From assembly GCA_951406725.2 (NCBI GenBank), contig OX597835.1, positions 44,144,001-44,208,000 of the forward strand: a stretch of 64,000 nucleotides of DNA, read 5' to 3'. Positions 25,164 to 38,613 of the stretch are shown here, in pieces (position 1 is the stretch's first letter; the number at the start of each line of letters is the position of its first letter). The stretch comes from Octopus vulgaris (taxonomy: Eukaryota). The notes beneath the pieces are model-generated. The model did not search any database. It had not been told where the DNA came from and saw only the letters and a list, made by a program, of their open reading frames with translations. A program made the translations under genes and the position numbers.

Positions 25164-25707
25164 TGTAAGTAAATATGAGAAGTAAAAGTAACAAAACTGC
25201 AGAAGGGCTTCACACAGTTTCCGATTTTCACAACATTGTCTCAGCATTGTAAATTTTTACATAGACGACACTAATAATTCCTCAATTTAGACTTACTTAT
25301 CGTCTGTAAATATCTTGTCATTGAAACTATATAAAAATAGGTCATTCGGCTGACATCGGAGGAAGCTGTGACCTATTGTCGTTCATTCGTTCCAGTAAAA
25401 TTCAAATTTTGAAGATGTGTCGAATTACATGTTACAACACTTGAACTGTTTGTTGTGTCTCGCCTCTTAATAAAGTGAATATTCTACAAAACTGTCACCA
25501 TGCCAACCATCAGCGATTGATTCTGTTTGGGAACATGGCAGACACAACATGAAATCGGTTCAGCGGTTTTGTGTCGTTATTGAAGCAGAATAAAGCTGAT
25601 ATGACTAAGTAAATTTTTGCCTGTGTACTCACACACACACACAGACGCACACACACACACAAACACACACACACACAACACACATATACACACATATCTC
25701 TATAAAT

Positions 25708-25772
<65 letters not shown>

Positions 25773-26732
25773 TACACGTATATCGAGAAAGGCATTTATA
25801 TACATTTATATATTTGTGTGCAAGATTTCTTATATACTGACAAACATAAATACATATATATATATATATTTTATATATTTTATATACATATCATATATAT
25901 GTATGTGTGTGTGTGTGTGTGTTTCTGCGTATACATGTATCTAACATTTTATTTTAAATATGTTTCACATAATTATACACACGTTCAAATGCTGACATTA
26001 ACGAATGCATATGTACACACTCCTACACAGGCATATCAGTCATAACCTGCAGGTCTAACAATGAGAGCCATAAATTACAGTTGGCCATTCTGATGTTTGG
26101 AAAAAAATTCTTCTCTCAAATTCTATTCTCAACACAGGTGGCATCTCAGGCTCTGCCAATATTTCTCTATTGCGATCGATTTCACTGTATCTGTCACGTG
26201 GTATAGGCAACAATTAACAACGAATCGTTTGTGACACTTGAAACATTGATTTATCCTTAAATAGCATCGCAATGAGGTCTGTTAAAGCATTTTCTTGGAG
26301 GAACTTCATAGAAGCGAACCTGTGGATCTTGACACCTCTATGAACGCTCGATTTTCAGTGCCATATTAATCTCGTATCAATGCTGTGCCACCCGTTTCTC
26401 GTCTCTAACTGTCAATAACTTCACCTCAGATACTTTGTATCGCAGAGTGCGTTGAAGAATACCATTTTGCATGCACACACACACACACACACACACATAT
26501 GTGTATATATATGTTTCTGTGTTTTGTGTACTATTTGTTGTGCATTTAACCGTGTATAGATATATATACACGTTCATATACATATGTGCCTTTATCTATA
26601 GGTGTGTGTTCAGCTGAATGTGTCTCTATAGGTGTCTTTCTCCTATCAATGTGGGAGCCTATCTATGCAGTAGTGTATATGTGTGTGTGTCTGTGTGTAC
26701 GTGCGTACATATCTATGCCAATATATATATAT

Positions 26733-27008
26733 AAATACAAAAAATGAGACACGAACGCAATAGGCGACAACAAAACATCTAAACAGTTAGATAATACAAA
26801 AAGCAACAAGAAAAAACAAGGACGGATCATTCGGAGTTTTCTTTCGTCAGTCGGGTTCCATATTATCTTTGCAGTTTCAGCTGGGAACCCGACTGACGAA
26901 AGAAAACTGCAAATGTTCCGTCCTTGTTTTCTCTTGTCCCTCTTTGTATCATCTAACTGTTTGGATGTCTTGTTGTCGCCTGTTGTGTGTTGTCCCATTT
27001 TTTGTATT
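26733..27008. repeat. Fold-back inverted repeat (arms ~125 bp, spacer ~24 bp)
   Basis: ...ttttctttcgtcagtcgggttcc / ggaacccgactgacgaaagaaaac...; arms are diverged reverse complements. Confidence 0.85.
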
Positions 27009-27517
27009 CTTTGTTTATATACATACAGCAGCGTACGTACACTTTGGTCTCTTATATGCCAATATATATGTATATGCCTTTATAGATACACATGTTTATA
27101 TATTTCTGTTGGTACATTTATTTGTATTGGGTATATGTGTTTCTAGCAGCATTTATCCATATAGCATGTGTTTATACTCATGCATGTATACATACGTTTG
27201 AATGTGCATAATGTTTGTCCCTGTATCCTATGCAGGTATATTCATAGAAGTGTGAATATACAGCTATGAGGGTGAGGTTGTGTATCTTTATTTTATTTCT
27301 TAATTTTATTTCTTAATTTTCAGTATATTAATTCTTTATTTGTATCTTCCCTTTTTTGACTTCAATGCAGTGTATTGAAACACAATGAATCTGAAGGTCA
27401 TGTGACCTTTAACCCTATTTGAAAATGCTGTTCAAAACTGTCCCTTCGTTTAATGTTTATATCTCCAGCTGTCCCCTACTGAATTCATGAATTTTATTTT
27501 TTACTGACTGTCTATAC

Positions 27518-28054
27518 CAGTGGTTCCCAAACAATGAGTCGCGACCCACAGATGGGTCGCGAACGGAATCTTAGTGGGTCGCAAAAAGTTATATAAAATT
27601 ACGCATTAGCTTTGATTAACTGCTGTCTATCGAGATAGTTCAAAACTTATAAGTGGGCCGTCATGAACTGGTGTGATAAATAGGGGGTTGCGACTCTTTA
27701 AAGACTCCGTCGGTTACGACGACGAGGGTCCCAGCTGATACGATCAACGGAACAGCTTGCTCGTGAAATTAACGTGCAAATGGCTGAGCACTCCACAGAC
27801 ACGTGTACCCTTAACGTAGTTCTCGGGGATAATCAGCGTGACACGGAGAGTGACAAGGCTGACCCTTTGAAATACAAGTACAACTCATTTTTGCCAGCTG
27901 AGTGGACTGGAGCAACGTGAAATAAAGTGTCTTGCTCAAGGACACAACGCGTCGCCGGGAATCGAACTCACAACCTTACGATCATGAGCCGAATGCCCTA
28001 ACCACTAAGCCACGCGCCCTCGGGTTGTGACTCTAAATAGTTTGGGAACCACTG
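27518..28054. mobile_element. hAT (Charlie-like) MITE carrying a nested SINE
   Basis: Perfect 15-bp TIR cagtggttcccaaac / gtttgggaaccactg; perfect 8-bp TSD gtctatac at 27510-27517 and 28055-28062. Confidence 0.92.
27698..28021 (-). mobile_element. SINE family D (different tRNA/CORE head, same tail 1 as family B)
   Basis: Minus-strand head gggcgcgtggcttagtggttagggcattcggc...gagttcgattcccgg, CORE-like tgtgtccttgagcaagacacttt, tail nearly identical to 8636-8815; 13-bp TSD gggttg(c/t)gactct. Confidence 0.88.
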
Positions 28055-28275
28055 GTCTATACGTATTTTTAAACGTTCTCATTATATATGTTTTCTTGAA
28101 TTTAATATAACTTCTTTCCTCCTTTTATTTTTTCGCTGTCTTTTATTTAAATTAAAGATGGTGAAGTCCCGAAACTTGTATACAGCATCTTACTTAATAA
28201 CATAGAAATATTTGAATCTGGTGCGGTACCGGTTGGTGTCTACATGTGATTACATATTCATATTAGTCTAAATAT

Positions 28276-28656
28276 GGAGGCGCAATGGCCCAGTGGTCAG
28301 GGTAGCGGACTCGCGGTCGTAGGATCGCGGTTTCGATTCCCAGACCGGGCATTGTGAGTGTTTATTGAGCGAAAACACCTAAAGCTTCACAAGGCTCCTG
28401 CAGGGGGTGGTGGTGAACCCTGCTGTACTCTTTCACCACAACTTTCTCTCACTCTTTCTTCCTGTTTCTGTTGTACCTGTATTTCAAAGGGCCAGCCTTG
28501 TCACACTCTGTGTCACGCTGAATCTCATCGAGAACTACGTTAAGGGTACACGTGTCTGTGGAATGCTCAGCCACTTGCACGTTAATTCCACGAGTAGGCT
28601 GTTCCGTTGGTCGTATCAGCTGGGACCCTCATCGTCGTAACCGACGGAGTGCTCCT
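28276..28656 (+). mobile_element. SINE family B, full length with TSD
   Basis: 16-bp TSD atattagtctaaatat at 28260-28275 and 28657-28672; A/B boxes tggcccagtggtcagg and ggtttcgattccc. Confidence 0.93.
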
Positions 28657-29169
28657 ATATTAGTCTAAATATATTTGTAAGCATACTTACATACTTACAT
28701 GAATCTGAATATGGTTGGCAGTGTCAACGAATTTACATACAAACGCATTTAGTATTCACATTTGTTCTTTAATGCTAATACCATTCTAATTTTATCAATT
28801 ATCGGTCTTCCATACATTGCATATATAAAGAATGATGCATTGGAGTCGAAGCATTCAGTATTACCATGATGTTCTGGCGATTTGAAGCAGCTGGCCTTCT
28901 TCTTTATCTGCATTGATTTGTGATTGAACAATTGTACTGTGCAGTGTATAGCATGAATATTGGTGCAGAAATATAAACTGATTTATTTTGCACGGAAATT
29001 ATTATTATATGGTGAAGGATTCGAAACGGCCGCAATTCTACGGATGTCAAGTAGTCAAATAAATTCATCTCTCTCATACCTCCTGATTTGTTGTGCTCTC
29101 TCTCTCTCTTTCTCTCTCTCTCTCTGTATATATATATATATATATATGTATGTATTATGTATGTATGTA

Positions 29170-29226
<57 letters not shown>

Positions 29227-29350
29227 AGCTTGACTCCCTTGTCAGTAATTAAGATAGTGCTTCTCTGACGACAGAGTTCTTTCGACTCTTATTTCTAGCG
29301 GTACTGGTGCTGATTAGAGCCCTTTCTCACTTTAGAGGCGTGTATATATA

Positions 29351-29421
<71 letters not shown>

Positions 29422-29553
29422 ACACACATATATATAAATAGATGAGTACCTTGTTAACAATTAACACGGAAAAATAGTATCAGTGGAATTTTCGAAACAT
29501 GTGTCGAAAGTAAAAATATTTGATTTACACCTGCGTTAAACTCCATTTATTTA

Positions 29554-29612
<59 letters not shown>

Positions 29613-30383
29613 TGAGAAGTTACCCCGTTGACTTTGACCTGTGGGATAGCTATTCAATCCGGGGAGAAGTTCGACCAAAGGAATCTGTCCATGTGCTTCC
29701 ATTTCCTAAAAGATTCGGATCTGGAATTAAGTAGTGTGGTGGCATTCTTAGATCTAAAAAAAAATGTGCGATTTTCAGCTACGCAAAACTTTCACCTCCT
29801 TGCTTCATTTACATATGGCGTAGTTGTCTCAAAAGTTATCTATATTTCTCTACAGATTCTACATAGATATATGGGACACAGGTCTGTTTTTTTTTGTTTC
29901 TTATCAATTCTTTTGCATCAATCTTCTTTTGGTCTTTCTTGTTTTTGTTCTCGTGTTTTCTCATACTCCACCGTCCTGGCGTTCAAATAGGATTAACGGT
30001 ATACATTAAGTCTGAAGGTTTGCTTGCAGACACATGACATGTTACATAAATCTGCCAAATTATTGTATCCATACGGTATGAAAATATTAGTAATTATTTT
30101 CTTAAATTTGGTGTATTTTAAATGATGTGTGTGTGTCTCAATGGTGTAAAGTTATGTATAACAGTTACAAGTCTCAATTATGTAATTTGCCATATATTGC
30201 TAATAATCACCTCACTTTAATGAAAAGCACTATCATGATTTGCAAAACTCATTACTGAGTTCCACATCTTAGTGAAGCGTTTCGAAAATCACGGATTAGC
30301 AGTGGAAAATAGCCACACTTCTATAAGAAGCAATCAAACTCTAGTTCAAAATTGATCACCTTTCGTGTTGTGTATGTGCGCGT

Positions 30384-30455
<72 letters not shown>

Positions 30456-30457
<2 letters not shown>

Positions 30458-30520
30458 CATGTGATCATATGACCGATCTGGCTATCGGATGTTGCTATTC
30501 ATCGCTGGTTACAATGCGCA
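30456..30520 (-). mobile_element. SINE tail 2 fragment
   Basis: Reverse complement of 57910-57984 (accagcgatg..tagcaacatc.gatagcc..tcggtca). Confidence 0.7.
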
Positions 30521-30544
30521 TGCTGGACCACTGAAATCTACAAG

Positions 30545-30680
30545 TTTTTTTTCATTCTCTCTCTGTATATTTCCTCGTATTCCTTTCTGCTGAAGAGCGT
30601 AGGCTCGAAATGCAAAAAACTTTTTCATTATCCCGAGCGTGAAACTAATACACTTGCTTGTTCATACTTCTGTCTACGTG
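30545..30680 (+). mobile_element. Family E short repeat with hammerhead-like motif
   Basis: cctttctgctgaagagcgtaggctcgaaatgcaaaa...cccgagcgtgaaactaatacac. Confidence 0.65.
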
Positions 30681-30929
30681 TTTGAGAGATCAGGGGTCAC
30701 CTTTACCTACAACTGCCCTTATCCGTGTCATCAATGTCGCCCAAAGAAAAAGCAAAGGCCGATACAGCTTGGTAGTAGTGACATCGTAACTCATTTCTAC
30801 AGCGGAACGAAGTGGAACAGCGCGAAATAAAGTGAAATACACAACCCAGTCCGGCAATCGAGCTCACTATAAATATACACGAGTGTGCATGCGTATAAAT
30901 ATGTATATATGTATATATGTGACCTCGTG

Positions 30930-31116
30930 AGTACCGCTGGCGATTTTGTTTTCCCTTCTCGGGACCTTTCCTTCTCCTATGTTTCCGACGAAGAGCTCCG
31001 CTCGAAACGTTGAACCCTCCTTCTTCCCTTCTTTCCTGAGCGTCCAATAGTACTTTATTTGTTCCACGTCCTCGCGTTGTTGTGTTTTTTTTTTTTGTGT
31101 TTTCTTGTTTGGATTA

Positions 31117-31175
<59 letters not shown>

Positions 31176-31663
31176 ATATATATATATATATATATACGTG
31201 CATATATGGGGTACAGGATATAAAAAAACGTAGACAAAATTAGAAGCAACAACATAAAAAACAAAACCATAGAAAACGAATTTTTTTCCGAACAACGAAA
31301 GAAACGAGACATGCAAAAAAAAAAAAAGAATATTCCCTTCATCAGCCGTTCCCCTTCGAAATGTGGAGTAGATAAAACAGGGGTCAACTGATGACGGGAA
31401 TATTCTTTATGTTGCATGTCTCGTTTCTCTGTTTGTTTCTTTCGTTGTTCGGGAAAAAGTTCCTTTTGTATAGTTTTGTTTTTTATGTTCCCGTTTTTCA
31501 TTTTGTCTAGGTTTTTTTGATTTCCTGGACTAATCTATATATATGCATCTATATATACATATATATGTAGATATGTACATATATGTATGTATGTATGCAT
31601 AGATTTATATATTATTTATATTCTTATATGATCGAACGCCACGCATCCATTTCCAAGTAAGTT

Positions 31664-31670
<7 letters not shown>
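30930..31670 (+). mobile_element. Composite repeat F-G-H; module G is present as a fold-back (31214-31345 / 31388-31528)
   Basis: GTTT-CCGACGA-A-GAGC-TCC-GCTC-GAAA-CG-TT-GAAC at 30981-31015; same module order as 7925-8520; gaatattcccttcatcag is inverted to ctgatgacgggaatattc. Confidence 0.7.
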
Positions 31671-31758
<88 letters not shown>

Positions 31759-31767
31759 CCTACCTAC

Positions 31768-31838
<71 letters not shown>

Positions 31839-31976
31839 CCTGTCTGTCTATCTATCTATCTACCTACCTATCTACCTACCTATCTATCTATCTATCTATT
31901 TATCTATCTATCTTTCTGTCTGTCTGTCTATCTGTCTGTCCGTCTGTCTGTCTGTCTATATCTCTCTCTCTCTCTC

Positions 31977-32046
<70 letters not shown>

Positions 32047-32056
32047 CATACATATA
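31664..32056. repeat. (CTAT)n-(CTGT)n-(CT)n-(TA)n compound microsatellite
   Basis: Direct reading. Confidence 0.95.
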
Positions 32057-32514
32057 TTGTATAGATAAATTAAATACAGAGATATACCATTGACACTCCA
32101 ATAATGTATTTATTTTACAGTATTACATTAGATACTCTGAATATAATATATAACATAATATAAGATTTTATAACATAAATAATTATAAAAACCCTAAAAG
32201 GCCAACAAATTGTTTCGACTTATATTTTTTCTGATATATATACATAATCACGGTTCCATTATATTTATATATATGCTTTGAACGATTTCGTTTCCTCAGT
32301 TTCATATTATATACATACACTGTATATATGTATGTAAATATATGAGGGTGGCTTATTAGCAATTAGAACCTAAAAGCAGAGTTAATAGAGGTCTAGGGAC
32401 TTACCTTCCTTTGTCAGTCATTAAGTATAGGGCTTTGGTGGCTTTAGAGCTAACTTAACTCTTAATTTAGCATAAGCGATGCTAGTCAGCACCCTCCGCC
32501 ATTTTTGTGACCTC

Positions 32515-32552
32515 CATACATACACACATACATACATACATACATACATACA

Positions 32553-32585
<33 letters not shown>

Positions 32586-32636
32586 GTATGTATATGTATG
32601 TATATGTATGTATATGTATGTATACATATATATATG

Positions 32637-32676
<40 letters not shown>

Positions 32677-32758
32677 CACATATATATATGTATACATACA
32701 TATAAATACATACATATGTATGTATGTATATGTATGTATATGTATGTATACATATATA

Positions 32759-32805
<47 letters not shown>

Positions 32806-32862
32806 TACACATATATGTATATATGTGTATGTATGTATGTATGTATGGTTATGTGTGTGTGT
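32515..32862. repeat. (CATA)n/(TA)n/(TATG)n microsatellite
   Basis: Direct reading. Confidence 0.9.
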
Positions 32863-33456
32863 GGTTTTGTGTATAGATTCACCTAAAGCCATTCATGCGC
32901 GTGTATATACACAGACACATGTAAATGATTGATTTTCTCAAAACATTGTCAAAATTATAGCCAAAGCAAAACGTGTGTTTCCCTACTCAGCAGCCATTCC
33001 ACCTTACAACGTGTACCTCTCTCTCTCTTTCTCCGCTACTTCCTCACACCATTCCTTTCTTTCTCTCAGCCTCTGTCTCTTTCACCCCTTTCACATTAAC
33101 CCACTTTCCTCGTTCTCTCTCTCTCTCTCTCATACTGTTTAGCAGTCTCCCTCTCTCTCTCTCTCTCTCACTCTTTTAATATCCAACCAATATATTTTAC
33201 CTATTTGCATAGGTGTTGCAATTACTGTCAACTCTAATCGCATAATTTCAAGTACTTCTCGTTGATGATAAAAATATATGATTCAAAGCTACCGTAGAAT
33301 GTTAAGAATAATTGCTAATGCAATTATCACAAATATATAATTATCTGTCTGCTTATATCCTCACCCCCCAACCTTATCCAACCCACATCGATCAACGAGG
33401 CTCAGATGCTGCCGGGCATGCGCGAGTATGCAGTAATTCACGTATTCATTTATTGA

Positions 33457-33457
<1 letters not shown>

Positions 33458-33487
<30 letters not shown>

Positions 33488-33730
33488 CTTCTTCTTCTTC
33501 TTCTTCTTCTTCTTCTTCTTCTTCTCCTCTTCTCTTCCCTTCACTTCTTCCCCTTATTGTTGTTATTCTTCCTTTTCTTCCTCTCCCTCTTTCTATTCCT
33601 CTCGTTGTTGTTGTTCTTCCTCTATTTCTTCTACATTTTATTCTTTTTTACTCTCTTATATATTCTCCTCTTCTACCTGTCTAGTCCACTTGGTCATCAG
33701 CATAACTACCACCACCACCACAATCACCCC

Positions 33731-33792
<62 letters not shown>

Positions 33793-33930
33793 GTATTATC
33801 GTCATCATCTTGTTTTCCTTCTCTTGCTTCCAAGTAGGGGCATAGAGAAAAGAGAGATAGAGAGGTAGAGAAGAAAGGAGAGAGAGAGAGAAATAGAGAG
33901 AGATAGAGAGAGAGAATGAGAAAGAGAGGA
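33458..33930. repeat. (CTT)n, (ACC)(ATC)(AGC)n and GA-rich low complexity
   Basis: Direct reading. Confidence 0.9.
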
Positions 33931-34262
33931 ATATGGCAAAGAGCCTGAGAGCCACGTTGCGTTTCCTCTTGCCAACTTGTTCGTTGTCATGGAAAGTAAC
34001 CACCTGAAATAGGCGGCAACCGCATCAAGAGTTAGCGACCTGAGTGGCGTTCATTTTGTTTCTTTACTTTCGGCTGAATCGGGAGAAACTGTTTCCGTTT
34101 TCTGTTGACAGAGGGCAAGACAGGAAGTCGGTTGGTGAGGGGAGGGGGCAGAACGTGGGAACGAACATTGCAAATCCCGTACCGCATCCCAAAACCGCTG
34201 CCTTAACAATTCCACTAAATCCATTACTTCTGATTAATACTTCTTTGTTTTCTTAAGGGCAA

Positions 34263-34279
34263 TCCTCCTCCTCCTCCTG

Positions 34280-34315
<36 letters not shown>

Positions 34316-34391
34316 GTCCTCCTCCTCCTCCTCCTCCTCCTCCTCCTCCTTCACCTCCTCCTTCTCCTCCTTCTTCGACAACTACAACCAT

Positions 34392-34436
<45 letters not shown>

Positions 34437-34542
34437 CATCTCATTCATTACCATCACTGCTGCTGCTACTTCTACTACTACTACTACTGCTAATACTTCC
34501 ACCACCACCACCACCACCACCACCACCACCACCACCACCACC

Positions 34543-34593
<51 letters not shown>

Positions 34594-34611
34594 GCTGCTG
34601 CTGCTACTGCA

Positions 34612-34690
<79 letters not shown>
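34263..34690. repeat. Compound trinucleotide array (CCT/CAT/CTA/CTG/CCA)
   Basis: Direct reading. Confidence 0.95.
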
Positions 34691-35236
34691 TTTCTTATAA
34701 AATGTAAGAACGCCATTGTTGGAATTTGAAATCAGAACTTAGAGAAAAGTCACTAATTTCTCGACATCGTCGGGGTATAAGGCAAAATAATTTTGATCGG
34801 GCCCCAAGAGAGCAGAAATGCAAAATTCGAGTTTGCTGAGGATCTTGCGTAAAGAAAGGCTTGACTTGAATAACAGATTTGATCCACCGCCCATGTTGAC
34901 GCCATGAGGTGGCACCCAGAGGTACTTTAGCACCCTTGGGTGCCACACTCTTATTTTATATGCTTGATTACCACTATGTACTTATGGTTTACTTGTTTTA
35001 TATATATAATGATTTGTGCTTGTTTTTTTTTTAAATATTATTCTGTGTAATTATATCTGCTAGTTTAGTTTTCTTCATTTTAAAGAAAGCTTTTATAATA
35101 CTGTGAATAATTAGTTAGGAAATTGCTAATAATATGTTAATTAAATTGATTTGCCATGCAATTATTTAGATAATTGAGTAAGTACTAGCGTAAGAATACC
35201 GCCCTACTCTTTCTCTCTCACGCTCCCTCTCTTCCA

Positions 35237-35270
<34 letters not shown>

Positions 35271-35450
35271 TTCGTCAATCACAATTTCTGCGAAAGGTCA
35301 AGAGAACCGATTTTCCAATTAACCAAAAACTTTAAGTGCAGTCTAAGGCCTTTTTCAGCGTGTTTTAACGACAAAATGTAATTGTTTTCTGACATATGTT
35401 TCAAGCGTTATAAATTTTCTGGCGGGAGACAACTTCATATTTTATATCAT

Positions 35451-35828
35451 GTTTTAGTATTTTCAGTCCTCACATTGCGGCCATGCTGGGACACCCACTT
35501 AAAAAATTTTCGTCGAATACATCGACCACAGTTCTTCGTTCCTTTTTCAAGTCTGGTGCCTATTTTATCGCAAACTATTGTCGAGCCCCTAAGAAACGGG
35601 TGGGGGAGAACCAACACTCGGTGTCAAGCAGTGGTGAGGGACAAACAGGGACAAAAAACACAAGCACATCGACGTATACGGAGGGCCTCACTTCTTTCCG
35701 TTTACATCTGCCAAATCCCCTCTGTACACTATAGTAGAAGACACTTGCCCAAGGTGTCACGCAGTGGGACTGAAACCAAAATCATCTGGTTGGGAAGCAA
35801 GCTTCCTACCTCACAGCCATACCTGCGC
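35451..35828 (-). mobile_element. SINE family A
   Basis: ttgcggccatgctggg...tatagtagaagacacttgcccaaggtgtcacgcagtgggactgaa...cacagccatacctgcgc. Confidence 0.85.
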
Positions 35829-35885
35829 TTAACCGTTGATATCAGTGTCTCCAGCTCATAACTAAAATCTTATATAAATTGTGTC

Positions 35886-36081
35886 GGCGTAGTAGTGGCT
35901 GTGTGGTAAGAAGTTTGCTTCGCAACGACTCCGTTCCGGGTCCAGTCTTCCCGCGTAGTACCATGGGCAAGTGTTTTCTACAAGGCCTTTGGAATGAATT
36001 TGGTAGACGGAAACTGAAAGAAGCCCGTCGTATGTATATCTACACACACACACACACCATACATAAATATATATATATATT

Positions 36082-36127
<46 letters not shown>

Positions 36128-36133
36128 CATACA

Positions 36134-36181
<48 letters not shown>

Positions 36182-36420
36182 CATATGTGTGTGTGTGTGT
36201 GTGTGTGCGTGCGTATTTGTGTGTCTGTGTTTGTTCCCCACCATCGCTTGACAACAGATGTTGGTGTGTTTACGTCCCCATAACTTAGCAGTTCAGCAAA
36301 TGGACAAATAGAATAAGTACCAGGGTTACAAAGAATTAGTCTGGGCGTGGATTTGCTCGACTAAAAGGCGGTGCTCCAGCATGGCCGCAGTCAAATGACT
36401 GAAACAAATAAAAGAGTGAA
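35886..36420 (+). mobile_element. SINE family A with expanded internal microsatellite
   Basis: gtggctgtgtggtaagaagtttgct...ggtagacggaaactgaaagaagcccgtcg-(microsatellite)-...cagtcaaatgactgaaacaaataaaagag. Confidence 0.88.
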
Positions 36421-36659
36421 GAGAGAGTACATTTGTATATTGTTTGTTTGTTCTGAAAACCTAATACGAATGACGTAACTAAAAGCGGCAAAGTATTTTG
36501 TTCGTCGCACTCTCGATTTGATAGTAATAGAACGAAGGACTATAGTAATAAAGTAGGTGGGCGAAGAAAAGATGGCAAAAAAGAACCCCAAACAGAATAA
36601 GAAACAAATGTAGGCGACAGAATGACAGAAACGGAGTAAAGTACTCAAACGATTGTGTG

Positions 36660-36866
36660 CGTATGAGTGTGTTTGTGTGTGAGAGGGGCGGGGAGAGAGA
36701 AGAAGAAGAGAGGGAGAGATAGGAGGAGATGGAGAAAGAATGATAGAGAGAGTGAGAGAGAGAAGACGACAAGAGGATATAGACAATAGGGCAGTAATTA
36801 ACATGAAAAAAGATAGCTAGAAAGAGACAGAGAGTAAGAAAGTATGATGGACAGGTAGATAGACAG

Positions 36867-36902
<36 letters not shown>

Positions 36903-36991
36903 AAATAGAGAGTGAGAGAGACAGATATACAGGCAGATAGATATATAAATCAATAGAGATAGAGAGAAAAATATATAGATTTATATATAGG

Positions 36992-37039
<48 letters not shown>

Positions 37040-37450
37040 TGTATATACATATGTACGTATGTATGTATATATATATGTATAACATATATATATATATGTG
37101 TGTGTGTGTGGAGAGAAAGCTGGGTTGATAGAAAAAAAGATAGGAGAAAGGAAAAATAGAGATTGTTAGATAGAAAACACCTTCAGATATAGAGAAACGG
37201 ACGCGTGTGTATGTGAGGGAAGGTTGGGCAGAGGTGGAGGGAGAGAGAGAGAGGGAGAGAGAGAAAGCGAGAGAGGAGAGCAAGGGGGAAAAGCAGGGAC
37301 AGCGATTGAGAGACAGTGAGAGACATACAGATATATAGAGAATACCGTGGGATAGAGGAACAGGTATAAATAATCAGATAGATAGATAGATAAGTAAAGA
37401 GAGAGAGAGGGTGATGGAGAGAGGTGAGAAGGAGAGGGAGAGAGAGAGTG
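36660..37450. repeat. GA-rich / (GATA)n / (TATG)n low-complexity region
   Basis: Direct reading. Confidence 0.8.
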
Positions 37451-37644
37451 AGCGCTGTCAAGCATCAAGAAAGCCAATAAAATGGTGAGAGTGTAGTTAG
37501 ATCCATCTTCACGCAGAGAAAATTCAGAGTAAATAACTTCGATCATGGAAAACAATGTCGAAATGTCGTGTTAGTAATGGCGGATAAAATAAGAAGAAAC
37601 ATGGCGGAAAAGACAAAAGGAAGGAGAAGACAAAGGAAACGAAG

Positions 37645-37849
37645 ATGAGGACGACGACGACGACGACGACGAGAAATGGAGAAGGAAAGTTTGGTGTAGT
37701 AGTAGTGGTGGTGGTAGAGGAAACAGAAGTAGTCGTAGTAGTAGTAGTAATAATAATAACAATAATAGTAGTAGTAGTATTAGTAGTAGCATTAGTAGTA
37801 ATAATAATAATAATAGTAGTAGTAGTAGTTGTAGCAGTAGTAGTAGTAA

Positions 37850-37909
<60 letters not shown>

Positions 37910-37965
37910 ACGTCGGCGATGAAGGCGACGGAGTCGAAGAAGAATGAGGAGGAGGAGGAGGATGG
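37645..37965. repeat. (GAC)/(GTA)/(AAT)/(GAG) trinucleotide array
   Basis: Direct reading. Confidence 0.9.
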
Positions 37966-38613
37966 AATTAAATGTAAATGTTAAATTACATGGTTAAAGA
38001 GTACAGTATAGTGTTAAATATAAACGATACAATACAATAAGAATTGGCGATATTAGCCAGAAACAACAGCAATGACATCAACAACAACGGTTACAGCAAC
38101 TATAATAACAACAACGACTTCCCGAACAATAACAACTATAACATCAACGATGACAACGTGACCAACACAGAGAATTAAGGACCAGTAAGGGAGCTGTTAC
38201 ATGCTTGTTTGATTTGCTAGATGCATCAGGTAAATCTGCTTCCGATTATACCCTAAAGTCTCGAGGAAATTAAGGGTCATTTTGCATAATGTAGTCTAAG
38301 ACAGTGCTACTCAAAATCGTGGTCCGCTGACCGGTGCCGGTCTGGTCCCCGAGCCATCAGCTGCCGGGACGCGGTGAGTTTCCAGAAAAAGAAAGAAACA
38401 TTATAAGACGCTTATAAAATGCTTACATAATATTTATTATTTGTTTACAAAATAAATAAAAGATACAAAATATTGTCAACTTTTATTATATTCACTGTTG
38501 TATTTTGGAATAGTCATTTTGCCAGTTTAGCCAATAAACACACACACACTATATATTTGGTGTTACTTTGCTTCAGTGTTATTTATTTTTTACATTAATC
38601 TTAATCTTATTTC

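Noticed and set aside
26050-26465. Possible LINE endonuclease remnant on the minus strand
   Set aside because: Composition is coding-like, but no motif could be read with confidence.
28276-28350. tRNA gene
   Set aside because: A and B boxes are present but run into a SINE body bounded by a TSD; no complete cloverleaf or terminator. The same applies to the heads of families A, C and D.
31388-31420. Complete hammerhead at CUGAUGA in module G
   Set aside because: A hairpin follows the core but the GAAA half is missing; reported only as a half-motif.
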